Notes under the pieces: generated by a model
What the model was told of the DNA's origin: nothing
Databases searched by the model: none
What the model saw: only the letters and a program-made list of their open reading frames with translations
Source: Xanthobacteraceae bacterium
GTDB taxonomy: Bacteria; Pseudomonadota; Alphaproteobacteria; Rhizobiales; Xanthobacteraceae
Assembly (NCBI GenBank): GCA_029239875.1
Contig: JARBUD010000027.1
Location: forward strand, 4,290-68,289
Length of the DNA stretch: 64,000 bases
Reading direction: 5' to 3'
Program-made: the position numbers and the translations under genes
Part shown: one piece after another, positions 28,205 through 38,390 of the stretch
Position numbering within the stretch: position 1 is the stretch's first letter
Layout: every line of letters begins with the position of its first letter

Positions 28205-28750
28205 ATGCTGGATATTGCAGGACGGCTGACGGGAGCGGCCCTCGCGCTCGCCGTGCTCGCAGCTGCGGCCCCCGCGCTGGCGCAGGACCAGGCGCCGTTC
28301 AACATGGCTCAGGCCAAGCCCGGCGCCGAGCCGAGCGCCGAGCAGATGAAGCTCGCCAATGAGCTGCTGATCGCCAATGGCGAGGCGTCGAGCTTCGACG
28401 CCATCATCCCCAACGTCATCGAGCAGTCGGCGGCCAGCTTCGTCCAGGCCAACCCCGACCTCATCCGCGACCTGCGCGAGGTGGCCAAGCAGCTGGTGCC
28501 GCAATATGAGGGCCGCCGCACCGAGGTGGTGCAGATCCTCGCCCGCACCTATGCCGCCCAGTTCAGCGCCGCCGAGCTGCAGGAGCTGCTGGTGTTCTAC
28601 CGCTCGCCGGTGGGCCGCAAGCTGGTGGAGAAGCGCCAGGAGCTGCTCGACGCCGGCCTGCGCGGCATCCAGCAGTGGAGCGCGGCCTTCTCCCGCGAGA
28701 TGGAAGGCAAGGTGCGCGAGGAGATGAAGAAGCGCGGCTTCACCATCTGA
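28205..28750 (+). CDS. DUF2059 domain periplasmic protein
   Basis: Start MLDIAGRL with a signal peptide. The FSAAELQELLVFYRSPVGRKL block is typical of DUF2059. Confidence 0.7.
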   Translation: MLDIAGRLTGAALALAVLAAAAPALAQDQAPFNMAQAKPGAEPSAEQMKLANELLIANGEASSFDAIIPNVIEQSAASFVQANPDLIRDLREVAKQLVPQYEGRRTEVVQILARTYAAQFSAAELQELLVFYRSPVGRKLVEKRQELLDAGLRGIQQWSAAFSREMEGKVREEMKKRGFTI

Positions 28751-28771
28751 CGCCGCCGCCTCCCGACGAAG

Positions 28772-28803
28772 AAAAAATGCCCGGCTCGCGCCGGGCATTT
28801 TCG
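28772..28803. terminator. Bidirectional rho-independent terminator
   Basis: AAAAAATGCCCGGC-TCGC-GCCGGGCATTTTCGTTT: 9-bp stem flanked by an A-run and a T-run, between convergent genes. Confidence 0.85.
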
Positions 28804-28805
28804 TT

Positions 28806-30317
28806 TCAGTCCTCGTCGGCGCCGACCGGGGCGCGGTGCCCGGTCGCGAGATAGAAGAGCAGCGGCCCGAACAAAGCGAGCGCGGACAGCGCGTAGAGCG
28901 TCAGCGCGATCGGCGACTGGAACAGCACGATGGGATCGCCGACGCTGATGGCGAGCGCCCGGCGCAGCTGCTGCTCGGCCAGCGGGCCGAGGATCAGGCC
29001 GACCACCACCGGAGCGATGGGGTAGTCGTAACGCCTGAGCACATAGCCGAGCAGGCCGAAGACCAGGAGCATGCCGAGCTCGACCAGCGACGGGTTGGCG
29101 CCGAGCGTGCCCAGCGTGGCGAAGACCAGGATGCCGCCATAGAGCCACGGCCGGGGAATGGCGAGCAGGCGCACCCACAGCCCGACCAGCGGCAGGTTGA
29201 GGATCAGCAGCATGCCGTTGGCGATGAACAGCGAGGCGATCAGGCCCCAGACGAGGTCCGGATTGGTGGTGAACAGCAGCGGGCCGGGATTGAGCCCGTA
29301 CTGCTGGAAGCCGGCCAGCATGATCGCCGCCGTCGCCGAGGTCGGCAGGCCGAGGGTGAGCAGCGGCACCAGCACGCCGGCGGCGGCCGCGTTGTTGGCT
29401 GCCTCCGGGCCGGCGACGCCCTCGATGGCGCCGTTGCCGAACTCGTCCTGCTTCTTGCAGAGCCGCTTCTCCAGCGCATAGGACAGGAAGGTCGGGATCT
29501 CCGCCCCGCCTGCCGGCATGGCGCCGATGGGGAAGCCGAGCACCGTGCCGCGCAGCCAGGGCCGCCACGAACGCTTCCAGTCCTCCTTGTTCATGAACAC
29601 CGAGCCCTTCACCGGCTCGATGACCTCCTCGGCACGAGAGCCCGCGGCGCAGACGGAGAGAGTCTCGCCGATGGCGAACAGGGCCACCGCCAGCGTCGTC
29701 ACCTCCACGCCGTCGAGCAGGTCGGGAACGCCGAAGGAGAGCCGTGCCTGCCCGCTTTGCAGGTCGATGCCGATGAGGCCGAGAGAAAGGCCGATGAACA
29801 GGCTGGTGAGCCCGCGCGTCACCGAGGAGCCGAAGGCGGCGGAGACGGTGGTGAAGGCCAGCACCATCAGCGCGAAATAGTCCTCCGGCCCGAAGGAGAT
29901 GGCGATGTCGACCACGGTCGGGGCGATCAGCGCGAGGCCGATGGTGGCGATGGTGCCGGCGACGAAGGAGCCGATGGCGGCGGTGGCGAGCGCCGGCCCG
30001 CCGCGCCCGGCGCGGGCCATCTTGTTGCCTTCCAGCGCCGTGACGATGGAGGAGCTCTCGCCCGGCGTGTTGAGCAGGATGGAGGCGGTGGAGCCGCCAT
30101 ACATGCCGCCATAGTAGATGCCGGCGAACATGATCAGCGAGCCGGCCGGATCGAGCTTGAAGGTGATCGGCAGCAGCAGCGCCACGGTGAGCGCCGGGCC
30201 GATGCCCGGCAGCACGCCGACGGCCGTGCCGAGCATGACGCCGACGAAGGCGAAGAGCAGGTTGATCGGCTGGAGGGCGACGAAGAGGCCCTGGCCGAGG
30301 GCGGCGAACGTATCCAT
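28806..30317 (-). CDS. tctA: Tripartite tricarboxylate transporter large permease TctA
   Basis: 503 aa polytopic; typical TctA sequence and tctCBA gene order. Confidence 0.9.
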   Translation of the reverse strand: MDTFAALGQGLFVALQPINLLFAFVGVMLGTAVGVLPGIGPALTVALLLPITFKLDPAGSLIMFAGIYYGGMYGGSTASILLNTPGESSSIVTALEGNKMARAGRGGPALATAAIGSFVAGTIATIGLALIAPTVVDIAISFGPEDYFALMVLAFTTVSAAFGSSVTRGLTSLFIGLSLGLIGIDLQSGQARLSFGVPDLLDGVEVTTLAVALFAIGETLSVCAAGSRAEEVIEPVKGSVFMNKEDWKRSWRPWLRGTVLGFPIGAMPAGGAEIPTFLSYALEKRLCKKQDEFGNGAIEGVAGPEAANNAAAAGVLVPLLTLGLPTSATAAIMLAGFQQYGLNPGPLLFTTNPDLVWGLIASLFIANGMLLILNLPLVGLWVRLLAIPRPWLYGGILVFATLGTLGANPSLVELGMLLVFGLLGYVLRRYDYPIAPVVVGLILGPLAEQQLRRALAISVGDPIVLFQSPIALTLYALSALALFGPLLFYLATGHRAPVGADED

Positions 30318-30329
30318 CGGTGCCGCTCC

Positions 30330-30821
30330 TCAGATCAGCCGCTCGAGCGGCCCGGCCGGCAGCGAGAGCTGCAGCCCCTTGGCGAAGATCAGGTAGATGA
30401 TGAAGCACATCACCGTGCCGGCGAGGAAATGCGCCCAGACCGGCCCGCGGCCGAAGCCCCTGGCGGTCGCCGCGAAGAGCCAGCCGGTGGCGATGGAGAA
30501 GCCGAGGAAAGGCAGCAGCACGATCTGCCCGACGAGGCCGGCCAGCACCCATACCATCGGTCCGGCCTCGTCGCGCGGCCGGGCGATGGCGCCCTCGCGG
30601 ATCGCCTCCACCGCGGTGGCGACGGCGAGGATGGCGAGGCCGGCGGCGATGATGGTCGGGAAGGCCGCGGGACCGACCGCCGAATGGGCGTTGACGCTGG
30701 CGAGGCGCCAGGCGTCCCAGCCGACGACGAGCGCCAGCACGGCGAGGCCGAGGGCGATGAAGAGGCCCGCCCTGTCGGCGGATCGGGCGGAGGAGGAGGG
30801 CTGGTCGCTCATGTCAGGCAT
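30330..30821 (-). CDS. tctB: Tripartite tricarboxylate transporter small membrane protein TctB
   Basis: 163 aa with 4 hydrophobic spans, located between tctC and tctA. Confidence 0.8.
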   Translation of the reverse strand: MPDMSDQPSSSARSADRAGLFIALGLAVLALVVGWDAWRLASVNAHSAVGPAAFPTIIAAGLAILAVATAVEAIREGAIARPRDEAGPMVWVLAGLVGQIVLLPFLGFSIATGWLFAATARGFGRGPVWAHFLAGTVMCFIIYLIFAKGLQLSLPAGPLERLI

Positions 30822-30874
30822 TCCGGGGAGCGGGTGGGCGGGGGGCTGCCGCGATCAGGTGGAGGATGAAGCTG

Positions 30875-31038
30875 CTCCCTCTCCCCGTCGGGGAGAGGGT
30901 TGGGGTGAGGGGCTCTTCCGCTCTGCAGCGTCGCTACCCCTCACCGACCCGCTTCGCGGGCCACCTCTCCCCAACGGGGAGAGGGAAGAAGAGCTACCAG
31001 CGCGATCCCGGATACGGCCTCGCGGCCGTTCCGGGACG
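30875..31038. repeat. Family D composite palindromic repeat (CCCTCTCCCCnnnGGGGAGAGGG hairpins) plus a B-like hairpin, inside the tctC-tctB spacer
   Basis: Hairpins CCCTCTCCCCGTCGGGGAGAGGG and CCTCTCCCCAACGGGGAGAGG, inverted pair GGGGTGAGGGG / CCCCTCACC, then TCCCGGATACGGCCTCGCGGCCGTTCCGGGA. Confidence 0.8.
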
Positions 31039-31064
31039 ACGGTGATCGGGACGGAGGCCTCGGC

Positions 31065-32030
31065 TCAGTTGGCGAGGCCGACATCCTTCAGGATGGTCTG
31101 CGTCGCGGCGATGTCCTTGGCGAGCTGCGCCTCGAACTCCGGACCGGCGAGATAGGTGTTCACCCAGCCCTTCTGCGCCAGCATGTCCTTCCAGGCCTTC
31201 GATTCCACTGCCTTGGCGATGATGTCGGACAGCGCCTTCTTCTGCTCGGGCGTGATGCCCGGCGCGGCCGAGACCGAGCGCCAGTTCTGGATCTCGACGT
31301 CGACGCCCGATTCCTTGAAGGTCGGGATGTCCTTGGCCTCGGGCAGGCGCTCGGGGCTGGAGACGGCGAGGATGCGCAGCTTGCCGGCCTTGGCCTGGGC
31401 GTCGAACTCCGAGAGCGAGGAGATGCCGACCGTGACCTTGCCGCCGAGGATGGAGGCGAGCGACTCGCCGCCGCCGGAGAAGGCGATGTAGTTGACCTTG
31501 GTCGGGTCGACGCCGATCGCCTTGGCGATCAGGCCGGCGGTGATGTGGTCGGTGCCGCCGGCCGAGCCGCCGGCCCAGGAGACCTTCTGCGGGTCGGCCT
31601 TCAGCGCGGCCACGAGGTCGGCCATCGACTTCAGCGGCGAATTGGCCGGCACGGCAATGGCCTCATACTCGCCGGTGAGGCGGGCGATCGGCGTGACCTG
31701 CGTGAGGTTCACCGGCGACTTGTTGGTGATGATGGCGCCCACCATGACGTAGCCGCCGACCAGCAGCACGTTCGGATCGCCCTTGTTGCCGTTGACGAAC
31801 TGGGCGAGGCCTATGGTGCCGCCGGCGCCCGGCACGTTCAACACCTGCACGTTGGGCACCAGCTTCTCGGACTGCAGCACCTGCTGCAGCGCGCGGGCGG
31901 TCTGGTCCCAGCCGCCGCCGGGCGCGGCCGGGGCGATGATCTTGAGGTCGCTGACCTGAGCGGAGGCAGCAGTGAGCGGCGCGGCAGCGAGGGCTGCGGC
32001 GAGCAGCGCTCCGCGGAACATGTGATTCAT
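31065..32030 (-). CDS. tctC: Tripartite tricarboxylate transporter substrate-binding protein TctC (Bug family)
   Basis: Start [18 protein letters not shown] at 32030, preceded by GGAGGA, with a signal peptide. Has Bug-family blocks ([20 protein letters not shown]). Confidence 0.85.
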   Translation of the reverse strand: MNHMFRGALLAAALAAAPLTAASAQVSDLKIIAPAAPGGGWDQTARALQQVLQSEKLVPNVQVLNVPGAGGTIGLAQFVNGNKGDPNVLLVGGYVMVGAIITNKSPVNLTQVTPIARLTGEYEAIAVPANSPLKSMADLVAALKADPQKVSWAGGSAGGTDHITAGLIAKAIGVDPTKVNYIAFSGGGESLASILGGKVTVGISSLSEFDAQAKAGKLRILAVSSPERLPEAKDIPTFKESGVDVEIQNWRSVSAAPGITPEQKKALSDIIAKAVESKAWKDMLAQKGWVNTYLAGPEFEAQLAKDIAATQTILKDVGLAN

Positions 32031-32078
32031 CGTTTCCTCCAAGGGATGAACGGCGGCGCGTTGAACGCTGGCCGCCGC

Positions 32079-32118
32079 TTGGCACGCGGGATTTGGCACG
32101 CGGCGAATGGGCACGCGG
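32079..32118. promoter_or_regulatory. Three direct repeats TTGGCACGCGG / TTGGCACGCGG / TGGGCACGCGG in the tctC-gor divergent region
   Basis: Copies at 32079-32089, 32093-32103 and 32108-32118 (spacing 14 and 15 bp), lying 49-88 bp from the tctC start. Confidence 0.5.
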
Positions 32119-32275
32119 CTTGGAAGCTAGAGCGCGATACAAACCCTGTCGAGTTCCACGGAAGGCTAAGGCTTTCGCACGGTGGCCGCGCAGGCCAGCC
32201 ATGCGCCGGCTTGACGTTCGCGCCGCGCGGGGCGACATGCGCTGGGATCGGGCTGAGGCAGCGGGGACGCGCATC

Positions 32276-33691
32276 ATGGACCAATTCGACGTCGACCTGT
32301 TCGTCATCGGCGGGGGCTCGGGTGGCGTGCGCGCCGCGCGCATCGCCGCCAACCACGGCGCGAGGGTGATGATCGCCGAGGAGTACCGGCTGGGCGGCAC
32401 CTGCGTGATCCGCGGCTGCGTGCCGAAGAAGCTGCTGGTCTATGCCGCGCAGTTCGCCCACGACTTCGCCGACGCCGCCGGGTTCGGCTGGACGGTGGAG
32501 GGCGTCAGCTTCGACTGGAAGACGCTGATCGCGAACAAGGACAAGGAGATCGCGCGGCTGGAGGGCGCCTATCGCGCCAATCTGGAACGCTCGGGCGTCG
32601 AGATCGTGAAGCAGCGCGCGGTGATCGAGGGGCCGCACCTTGTGCGCCTCGCCGATGCCACCGGTGTCACCGCGAAAGTCATACTTATTGCCACCGGCGG
32701 CAGGCCCAATATCGGCCTCGATCTGCCCGGCCGCGAGCTCGGCATCACCTCCAACGAGGCGTTCCATCTGGAGCGTTTGCCGGAGCGCATCGTCATCCAG
32801 GGCGCCGGCTACATCGCGCTGGAATTCGCCAGCCTTTTCAACGGCTTGGGCTCGAAGGTCACGGTGGTTCACCGCGGCGACAAGGTGCTGCGCGGCTTCG
32901 AGGGCGAGCTGCAGGAGCGCATCGCCGCCGAGCTCGCCTCCAGCGGCATCGCCTTCGAGTTCGGCGCCACCATCGAGAGCATCCAAGTGGCTGAACGCGA
33001 AGGCGAAAAGCGTATCCGGCTGAACGACGGGCGCGACCTGTTCGCCGACGAGGTGATGCTCGCCATCGGCCGCGTGCCGAACACGGTCGGCCTCGGTCTC
33101 GACGCGGTCGGGGTGCATCTGAACGAGGCCGGCGCCATCACGGTGGACGCCAATTCGCGCACCAACATCCCCTCCATCTACGCCGTGGGCGATGTCACCG
33201 ACCGCGTGAACCTCACCCCCGTCGCCATCCGCGAGGGCCATTCCTTTGCCGATACGGTGTTCGGCGGCCGGCCGTGGGAGGTCGACTACGACAACATCCC
33301 GACCGCCGTGTTCACCGAGCCGGAGATCGGCACGGTCGGGCTGTCGGAGGAGGAGGCGCGGGCGCGCGGCTACAAGCTCGACATCTACAAGACCGATTTC
33401 CGCCCACTGAAGGCGACGCTGTCGGGCAGCACCTCGCGTACCTTCATGAAACTGGTCGTGGACCAGACCACCGACAAGGTGCTCGGCGTCCACCTGATCG
33501 GCGAGAGCTCGGCGGAGATCGTGCAGATCGCTGCCATCGCGCTGAACATCGGTGCCACCAAGGCCGACTTCGACCGCACCATGGCGCTGCACCCTTCGAG
33601 CGCCGAGGAGCTGGTGACGTTGCGCACCAAGCACGCCACCAGTGACAAGGTGATCCCCGAGGTCTCCGCCGAGGCGACGCCGGCGATCTGA
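32276..33691 (+). CDS. gor: Glutathione-disulfide reductase
   Basis: ATG at 32276 ([22 protein letters not shown]), redox-active [14 protein letters not shown]-terminal HPSSAEE motif. Confidence 0.85.
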   Translation: MDQFDVDLFVIGGGSGGVRAARIAANHGARVMIAEEYRLGGTCVIRGCVPKKLLVYAAQFAHDFADAAGFGWTVEGVSFDWKTLIANKDKEIARLEGAYRANLERSGVEIVKQRAVIEGPHLVRLADATGVTAKVILIATGGRPNIGLDLPGRELGITSNEAFHLERLPERIVIQGAGYIALEFASLFNGLGSKVTVVHRGDKVLRGFEGELQERIAAELASSGIAFEFGATIESIQVAEREGEKRIRLNDGRDLFADEVMLAIGRVPNTVGLGLDAVGVHLNEAGAITVDANSRTNIPSIYAVGDVTDRVNLTPVAIREGHSFADTVFGGRPWEVDYDNIPTAVFTEPEIGTVGLSEEEARARGYKLDIYKTDFRPLKATLSGSTSRTFMKLVVDQTTDKVLGVHLIGESSAEIVQIAAIALNIGATKADFDRTMALHPSSAEELVTLRTKHATSDKVIPEVSAEATPAI

Positions 33692-33852
33692 AGCTGCCGC
33701 GGGGCGTGGGCCGTCTACGCCTTCCGGGCAATCGTGCAATGAAGCCGCTGCGGGAGCATACTGGCGCGGTCGCGAACCTTGGGTGTATAAGGCCCGCCTT
33801 TCCCGCCGGGGATGAGCCTCGCGCGGTCTATTGGGGTTTCTTGGAGGCAGTC

Positions 33853-35238
33853 ATGTCTGAACGCTGGACGCCGGATAGCTGGAGGGCCAAGCCCATTCAG
33901 CAGGTCCCGGACTATCCGGACGCCGAAGCTTTGGCTTCGGTGGAGCGTCAGCTCGCCTCGTTTCCCCCGCTCGTTTTTGCAGGTGAAGCCCGCCGGCTGA
34001 AGCGCGAGCTCGCCAAGGTGGCGAACGGCGAGGCGTTCCTCCTCCAGGGCGGCGACTGCGCCGAGAGCTTCGCCGAGCATTCGGCCGACAACATCCGCGA
34101 TTTCTTCCGCGTCTTCCTGCAGATGGCGGTGGTGCTGACCTATGCCGGCGCCTCCCCCGTGGTGAAGGTCGGGCGCATCGCCGGCCAGTTCGCCAAGCCG
34201 CGCTCGGCGCCGATGGAGAGGGTGGGTGACGTCGAGCTGCCGTCCTACCGGGGCGACATCATCAACGACATCGACTTCACGCCGGCGTCGCGCATTGCCG
34301 ATCCGCGCCGCCAGCTCGAGGCGTACCGCCAGTCGGCGGCGACGCTGAACCTGCTGCGCGCCTTCGCCAATGGCGGCTATGCCAGCCTCGGCAACGCGCA
34401 TCAGTGGATGCTCGGCTTCATCAAGGATAGCCCGCAGTCCGGCCGCTACCAGGCGCTCGCCGACCGCATCACCGAGGCGCTCGACTTCATGCGCGCCATC
34501 GGCATCGATCCGGAGACACATCCGGAGATGCGCTCGACCGAGTTCTTCACCTCGCACGAGGCGCTGCTGCTCGGCTTCGAGCAGGCGCTGACCCGCGTGG
34601 ATTCGACGAGCGGAGACTGGTACGCGACTTCCGGCCACATGATCTGGGTCGGCGATCGCACCCGCCAGTTCGATCACGCCCATATCGAGTACTGCCGCGG
34701 CGTGAAGAACCCGCTCGGCCTGAAGTGCGGCCCGTCGCTGAAGCCGGACGACCTTCTGCGCCTGATCGACGCGCTGAACCCGGAGAACGAGCCGGGTCGC
34801 CTGACCCTGATCGGTCGCTTCGGCGCCGACAAGGTCGCCGGCAGCCTGCCGGCGCTGGTGCGCGCGGTGAAGCGGGAAGGGCGCAGCGTGGTGTGGTCGT
34901 CCGACCCGATGCACGGCAACACCATCAAGGCGGCGTCCGGCTACAAGACCCGGCCGTTCGACCAGATCCTCTCCGAGGTGAAGGACTTCTTCGCCGTCCA
35001 TGCGGCCGAGGGCACCTATGCCGGCGGCGTGCATCTGGAGATGACCGGCAAGAACGTCACCGAATGCACCGGTGGCGCGCGGGCGATCTCGGATGCGGAC
35101 CTCAAGGACCGCTACCACACCTATTGCGACCCGCGGCTCAACGCCGAGCAGGCCATCGAGATGGCCTTCCTCGTCGCCGAGCTGCTGAAGCAGGAGCGGG
35201 CCGGGCGCGTGCGTCCGGTGACCGAGGCGGCCGAGTAA
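33853..35238 (+). CDS. Class II (plant/AroH-type) 3-deoxy-7-phosphoheptulonate synthase
   Basis: ATG at 33853 preceded by GGAGG. 461 aa with the typical class II N-terminus [19 protein letters not shown] and [11 protein letters not shown] block. Confidence 0.9.
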   Translation: MSERWTPDSWRAKPIQQVPDYPDAEALASVERQLASFPPLVFAGEARRLKRELAKVANGEAFLLQGGDCAESFAEHSADNIRDFFRVFLQMAVVLTYAGASPVVKVGRIAGQFAKPRSAPMERVGDVELPSYRGDIINDIDFTPASRIADPRRQLEAYRQSAATLNLLRAFANGGYASLGNAHQWMLGFIKDSPQSGRYQALADRITEALDFMRAIGIDPETHPEMRSTEFFTSHEALLLGFEQALTRVDSTSGDWYATSGHMIWVGDRTRQFDHAHIEYCRGVKNPLGLKCGPSLKPDDLLRLIDALNPENEPGRLTLIGRFGADKVAGSLPALVRAVKREGRSVVWSSDPMHGNTIKAASGYKTRPFDQILSEVKDFFAVHAAEGTYAGGVHLEMTGKNVTECTGGARAISDADLKDRYHTYCDPRLNAEQAIEMAFLVAELLKQERAGRVRPVTEAAE

Positions 35239-35287
35239 TCTTCGGAAACGCGAAAAGCGTTTTCGCACTGCCTAAGCTTGGATATGG

Positions 35288-35319
35288 AAACACCGCGGCT
35301 TAACCGGCCGCGGTGTTTT
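35288..35319 (+). terminator. Rho-independent terminator of the DAHP synthase gene
   Basis: CACCGCGGC-TTAACCG-GCCGCGGTG followed by TTTT. Confidence 0.8.
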
Positions 35320-35338
35320 CCTTTGTGAGGAGCCGCTG

Positions 35339-36121
35339 GTGCGGCAAGCTATCTTCGAGAGACAGGTCATCTTCGAGAGCGAGAACGTGCGCGTCGTGCG
35401 CACGCCCGGCATCCGCACGGACGTCGTCTTCGTGACCTTCGAGGCGCATCAGGTGAAGCGCCCGCTCGATCGCAAAGGCTTCGGCGAGAAGTTCCTGCAG
35501 GACAACGGCTTCACCTCCTATCACCTGCTCGCTGGCGACAATTACTGGTTCCAGTACCCGGAGATGGAGGAGGTGCTGGCGGCGGTGCGGGCCGATGTCG
35601 GGGCGGGGCCGGAGATCGTCGCCTATGGGGTGAGCATGGGCGGCTATGCCGCCTTTCGCTTCGCCGGGCTGCTCGGCGCCGCGCGGGTGATCGCCTTCTC
35701 GCCGCAATACAGCATCGACAAGGCCCGCATCCCCTGGGACAGGCGCTGGGACCGGCTGTTCGACCGCCCGCGCCAAGTGCTGTGGGAACACCTGACCACG
35801 CCGCGCGGCGTGCCGGTCTATCTGTTCTACGACCCGCATAACCGGGACCGCCATCATGTACGGATGCTCGCGCGCGAGGCGGACGTGGTGCCCGTCCGCG
35901 TGCCCTATGCCGGCCACGCGACCATCACCGTGTTCATGGAATGCGGCATGCTTGGCGAAGCGGTTCTCGCCATCGGCGAGAACCGCTTCGATGTGGCGGC
36001 CTGCGAGCGCGAGCTGAAGACCCGCATCGACCGCTCGCCGCTCTATGTCGCCAAGCGCGCCCGCAGCCGCAGTCGCCTGTTCCGCCGCCTGCGTGCCGAC
36101 CTCGTCGACCTGTTCGGCTGA
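35339..36121 (+). CDS. Uncharacterised alpha/beta-hydrolase-like protein (GxSxG), paralogue 1
   Basis: GTG start 6 nt after GAGGAG. Has YGVSMGGYAA nucleophile-elbow-like motif, later FYDPHNRDRHH and YAGHAT, and a basic C-terminal tail. Collinear paralogue of the next gene. Confidence 0.6.
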   Translation: MRQAIFERQVIFESENVRVVRTPGIRTDVVFVTFEAHQVKRPLDRKGFGEKFLQDNGFTSYHLLAGDNYWFQYPEMEEVLAAVRADVGAGPEIVAYGVSMGGYAAFRFAGLLGAARVIAFSPQYSIDKARIPWDRRWDRLFDRPRQVLWEHLTTPRGVPVYLFYDPHNRDRHHVRMLAREADVVPVRVPYAGHATITVFMECGMLGEAVLAIGENRFDVAACERELKTRIDRSPLYVAKRARSRSRLFRRLRADLVDLFG

Positions 36122-36235
36122 GGCGCCGCAACTTCGCCACCGCCGCCCTCTAGGCGGAACCCATTGCTGCGGAGGCGGCGGCGCAGTTAGTTTCGCCGCC
36201 CGGCCCTGCGGCCGATCCGGTTGAGGAGGCCGCCC

Positions 36236-37039
36236 TTGCGGCAGAGCGTGTTCGAAAGCGAGGCCGTGTCGGTCTTCAAGATGCCGGGGCATCGCGAGGA
36301 CGTGGTCTTCGTCTCGTTCGAATCGATGATCCCGACCCGCAGGCCCGACCGTCGCGGCTTCGGCGAGCAGTTCTTCCACCATCGCGGCTTCACCGCCTAC
36401 CACGTCATGCCGCGCGCCAATGAGTGGTATCATTATCCCGAGATGGAGGCGGCGCTGGTCGCCGTGCGCGCCGACATCCCGGTGGGAACACGGGTCATCA
36501 CCTACGGCATGAGCATGGGCGCCTATGCCGCCTACCGCTTCTCCGAGCCGCTCGCCGCCGACGCGGTGATCGCCTTCTCGCCGCAATACAGCGTCGACCA
36601 CTGGCGGGTGTGGTGGGAGCGGCGCTGGAGCTCGGAGGGCAAGTCGCTGCTCTGGGACCGCCAGCTCCCGCGCAAGGAAGCGGTGAAATACGTCTTCTAC
36701 GATCCGCTCAACCAGGATCGCCGGCACATAAGGCGCCTGCGCAAGGAAGCCGAGCTCGACCTGGTGCGCATCTATTTCAGCGGCCACGCCTCCATCGCCT
36801 ATGTGCAGGAGTGTGGCATGCTGGAGAGCGCGGTGCTCGACATCGCCGAGAACCGCTTCGACATCGCTGCCTTCGAGGCGCGGTTGTGGCAGCAGCGCAC
36901 GACGTCCGCGACCTACCAGAAGATGCGCCGGCGCAAGAAGACCGGCATCTTCCGCCGGCTGCGCTATGTGGTGATCGAGCATCTGCTCGACCGCCGGCTG
37001 GGAGCGGCGGCGTTTCAATCCACGACAACCTCATCCTGA
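36236..37039 (+). CDS. Uncharacterised alpha/beta-hydrolase-like protein (GxSxG), paralogue 2
   Basis: TTG at 36236, 7 nt after GAGGAG, gives LRQSVFESE, parallel to VRQAIFERQ of paralogue 1. Has YGMSMGAYAA, FYDPLNQDRRH and FSGHAS motifs. The last codons and the stop lie inside a family A repeat. Confidence 0.6.
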   Translation: MRQSVFESEAVSVFKMPGHREDVVFVSFESMIPTRRPDRRGFGEQFFHHRGFTAYHVMPRANEWYHYPEMEAALVAVRADIPVGTRVITYGMSMGAYAAYRFSEPLAADAVIAFSPQYSVDHWRVWWERRWSSEGKSLLWDRQLPRKEAVKYVFYDPLNQDRRHIRRLRKEAELDLVRIYFSGHASIAYVQECGMLESAVLDIAENRFDIAAFEARLWQQRTTSATYQKMRRRKKTGIFRRLRYVVIEHLLDRRLGAAAFQSTTTSS

Positions 37040-37072
37040 GGTGCCCGGCCATGGGTCGGGCCTCGAAGGATG
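37029..37072. repeat. Family A repeat, single half-unit
   Basis: CCTCATCCTGAGGTGCCCGGCCATGGGTCGGGCCTCGAAGGATG. Confidence 0.8.
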
Positions 37073-37104
37073 ATCGTCCGGGGTGCCGACACCCTCGGTA
37101 GATC

Positions 37105-37191
37105 GTCATCCCCGGGCTTGGCCCGGGGATCCACGACCTTTCGGAGGCGCCAAGCCAAGTCGTGGATGGCCGGGCCAAGCCCGGCCATGAC
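37105..37191. repeat. Family C-related palindromic repeat
   Basis: GTCATCCCCGGGCTTGGCCCGGGGATCCACGAC ... GTCGTGGATGGCCGGGCCAAGCCCGGCCATGAC, with long inverted arms. Confidence 0.75.
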
Positions 37192-37199
37192 GAGCCTTC

Positions 37200-38219
37200 T
37201 CAGCCCCAGCCTTCCAGCACCACCTTGCCGATCGACGTGCCGCTCTCCAGCGCCGCGTGCGCGCGCCTGAGGTTCTCCGCATTGATGGCACCGAAATTCG
37301 CCCCGAGCGTCGTGCGCACCGTACCGGCATCGATCAGCCGGGCGACCTCGTCGAGGATCTCGTGCTGGCGGATCATGTCCGGCGTCTGGAACATGGAGCG
37401 CGTGTACATCAGCTCCCAGTGCAGCGACAGGCTCTTGGTCTTCAGGAGCATCGCGTCGAGGCTCGCCGGGTCGTCGATGATGGCGATGCGGCCCTGCGGC
37501 TTCGCCGCCTTGACGATCTCGGCCCAGTGCTTGTCCGAGTTGGTCAGGGTGAAGGTGTAGTCGATCTCGCCGAGCCCTGCGGCCGCGATCTCCTCGGAGA
37601 GCGGACGGGAATGGTCGATGACGGCGTGCGCGCCGCGCTCCTCGACCCATTTACGACTCTCGGGACGCGATGCGGTGCCGATGACGGTGAGGTCGGTAAG
37701 CTGGCGAGCGAACTGCACCACCAGCGAGCCGACGCCGCCGGCCGCGCCGACGACCAGCAGCTTCGCATCCGTGCCGCCCTTGCCCTTGAACGGCACCTCC
37801 AGCCGGTCGAACAGCCCTTCCCAGGCGGTCACGGCGGTGAGCGGGATGGCGGCGGCCTCCGCAAAGCCGAGGCTCTTCGGCTTGTGGCCGACGATGCGCT
37901 CGTCGACGAGGTGCAGTTCGGCATTGGTGCCGGGCCGGTTGAGGTCGCCGGCGTAGAACACCTCGTCGTCGGCCTTGAACAGGCTCACCTCGGACCCGAC
38001 CGCCTCGACCACGCCGGCGGCGTCCCAGCCGAGGATGACAGGGGCCTCCGGCGTGCCGGCGCGGCGGCGGCGCACCTTGGTGTCGACCGGATTGACCGAG
38101 ACAGCCTTCACCCGCACCAGCAGGTCGTGCGGGCCGGGCGTAGGCGCCGGGGTCTCGAAGTCGAAGAGCGAGCGTTCCTCGCCGATGGGCAGGGGTTCGC
38201 TATAGCCGATGGCCTTCAT
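37200..38219 (-). CDS. Zinc-type alcohol dehydrogenase/quinone oxidoreductase family protein (MDR superfamily)
   Basis: Start MKAIGYSEPLP at 38219 (GGGAG 6 nt upstream), with Rossmann motif VVGAAGGVGSLVVQFA. Confidence 0.8.
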   Translation of the reverse strand: MKAIGYSEPLPIGEERSLFDFETPAPTPGPHDLLVRVKAVSVNPVDTKVRRRRAGTPEAPVILGWDAAGVVEAVGSEVSLFKADDEVFYAGDLNRPGTNAELHLVDERIVGHKPKSLGFAEAAAIPLTAVTAWEGLFDRLEVPFKGKGGTDAKLLVVGAAGGVGSLVVQFARQLTDLTVIGTASRPESRKWVEERGAHAVIDHSRPLSEEIAAAGLGEIDYTFTLTNSDKHWAEIVKAAKPQGRIAIIDDPASLDAMLLKTKSLSLHWELMYTRSMFQTPDMIRQHEILDEVARLIDAGTVRTTLGANFGAINAENLRRAHAALESGTSIGKVVLEGWG

Positions 38220-38390
38220 GATCATCTCCCGCGCGTGGCGCGCCGTGTTTCCGTGTTGGCGCAGATGTCGCAATGCCGCGCAAAAGCGCAAGAACGCACG
38301 AATTTGTCGGCAGGTATCGAAATTGTAATCCTCTTCCCGCCGCTGCCGGATTTACCTAGATTCCGGCGACCCCCGATCGGGAGAGAGAAC

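Noticed and set aside
32079-32118. Sigma-54 promoter, because TGGCAC occurs twice (and GGGCAC once).
   Set aside because: None of the copies has a TTGC(A/T) -12 element at the required spacing after TGGCAC. The best is TTGG after an extra G in the third copy. They are kept only as direct-repeat candidate regulator sites.
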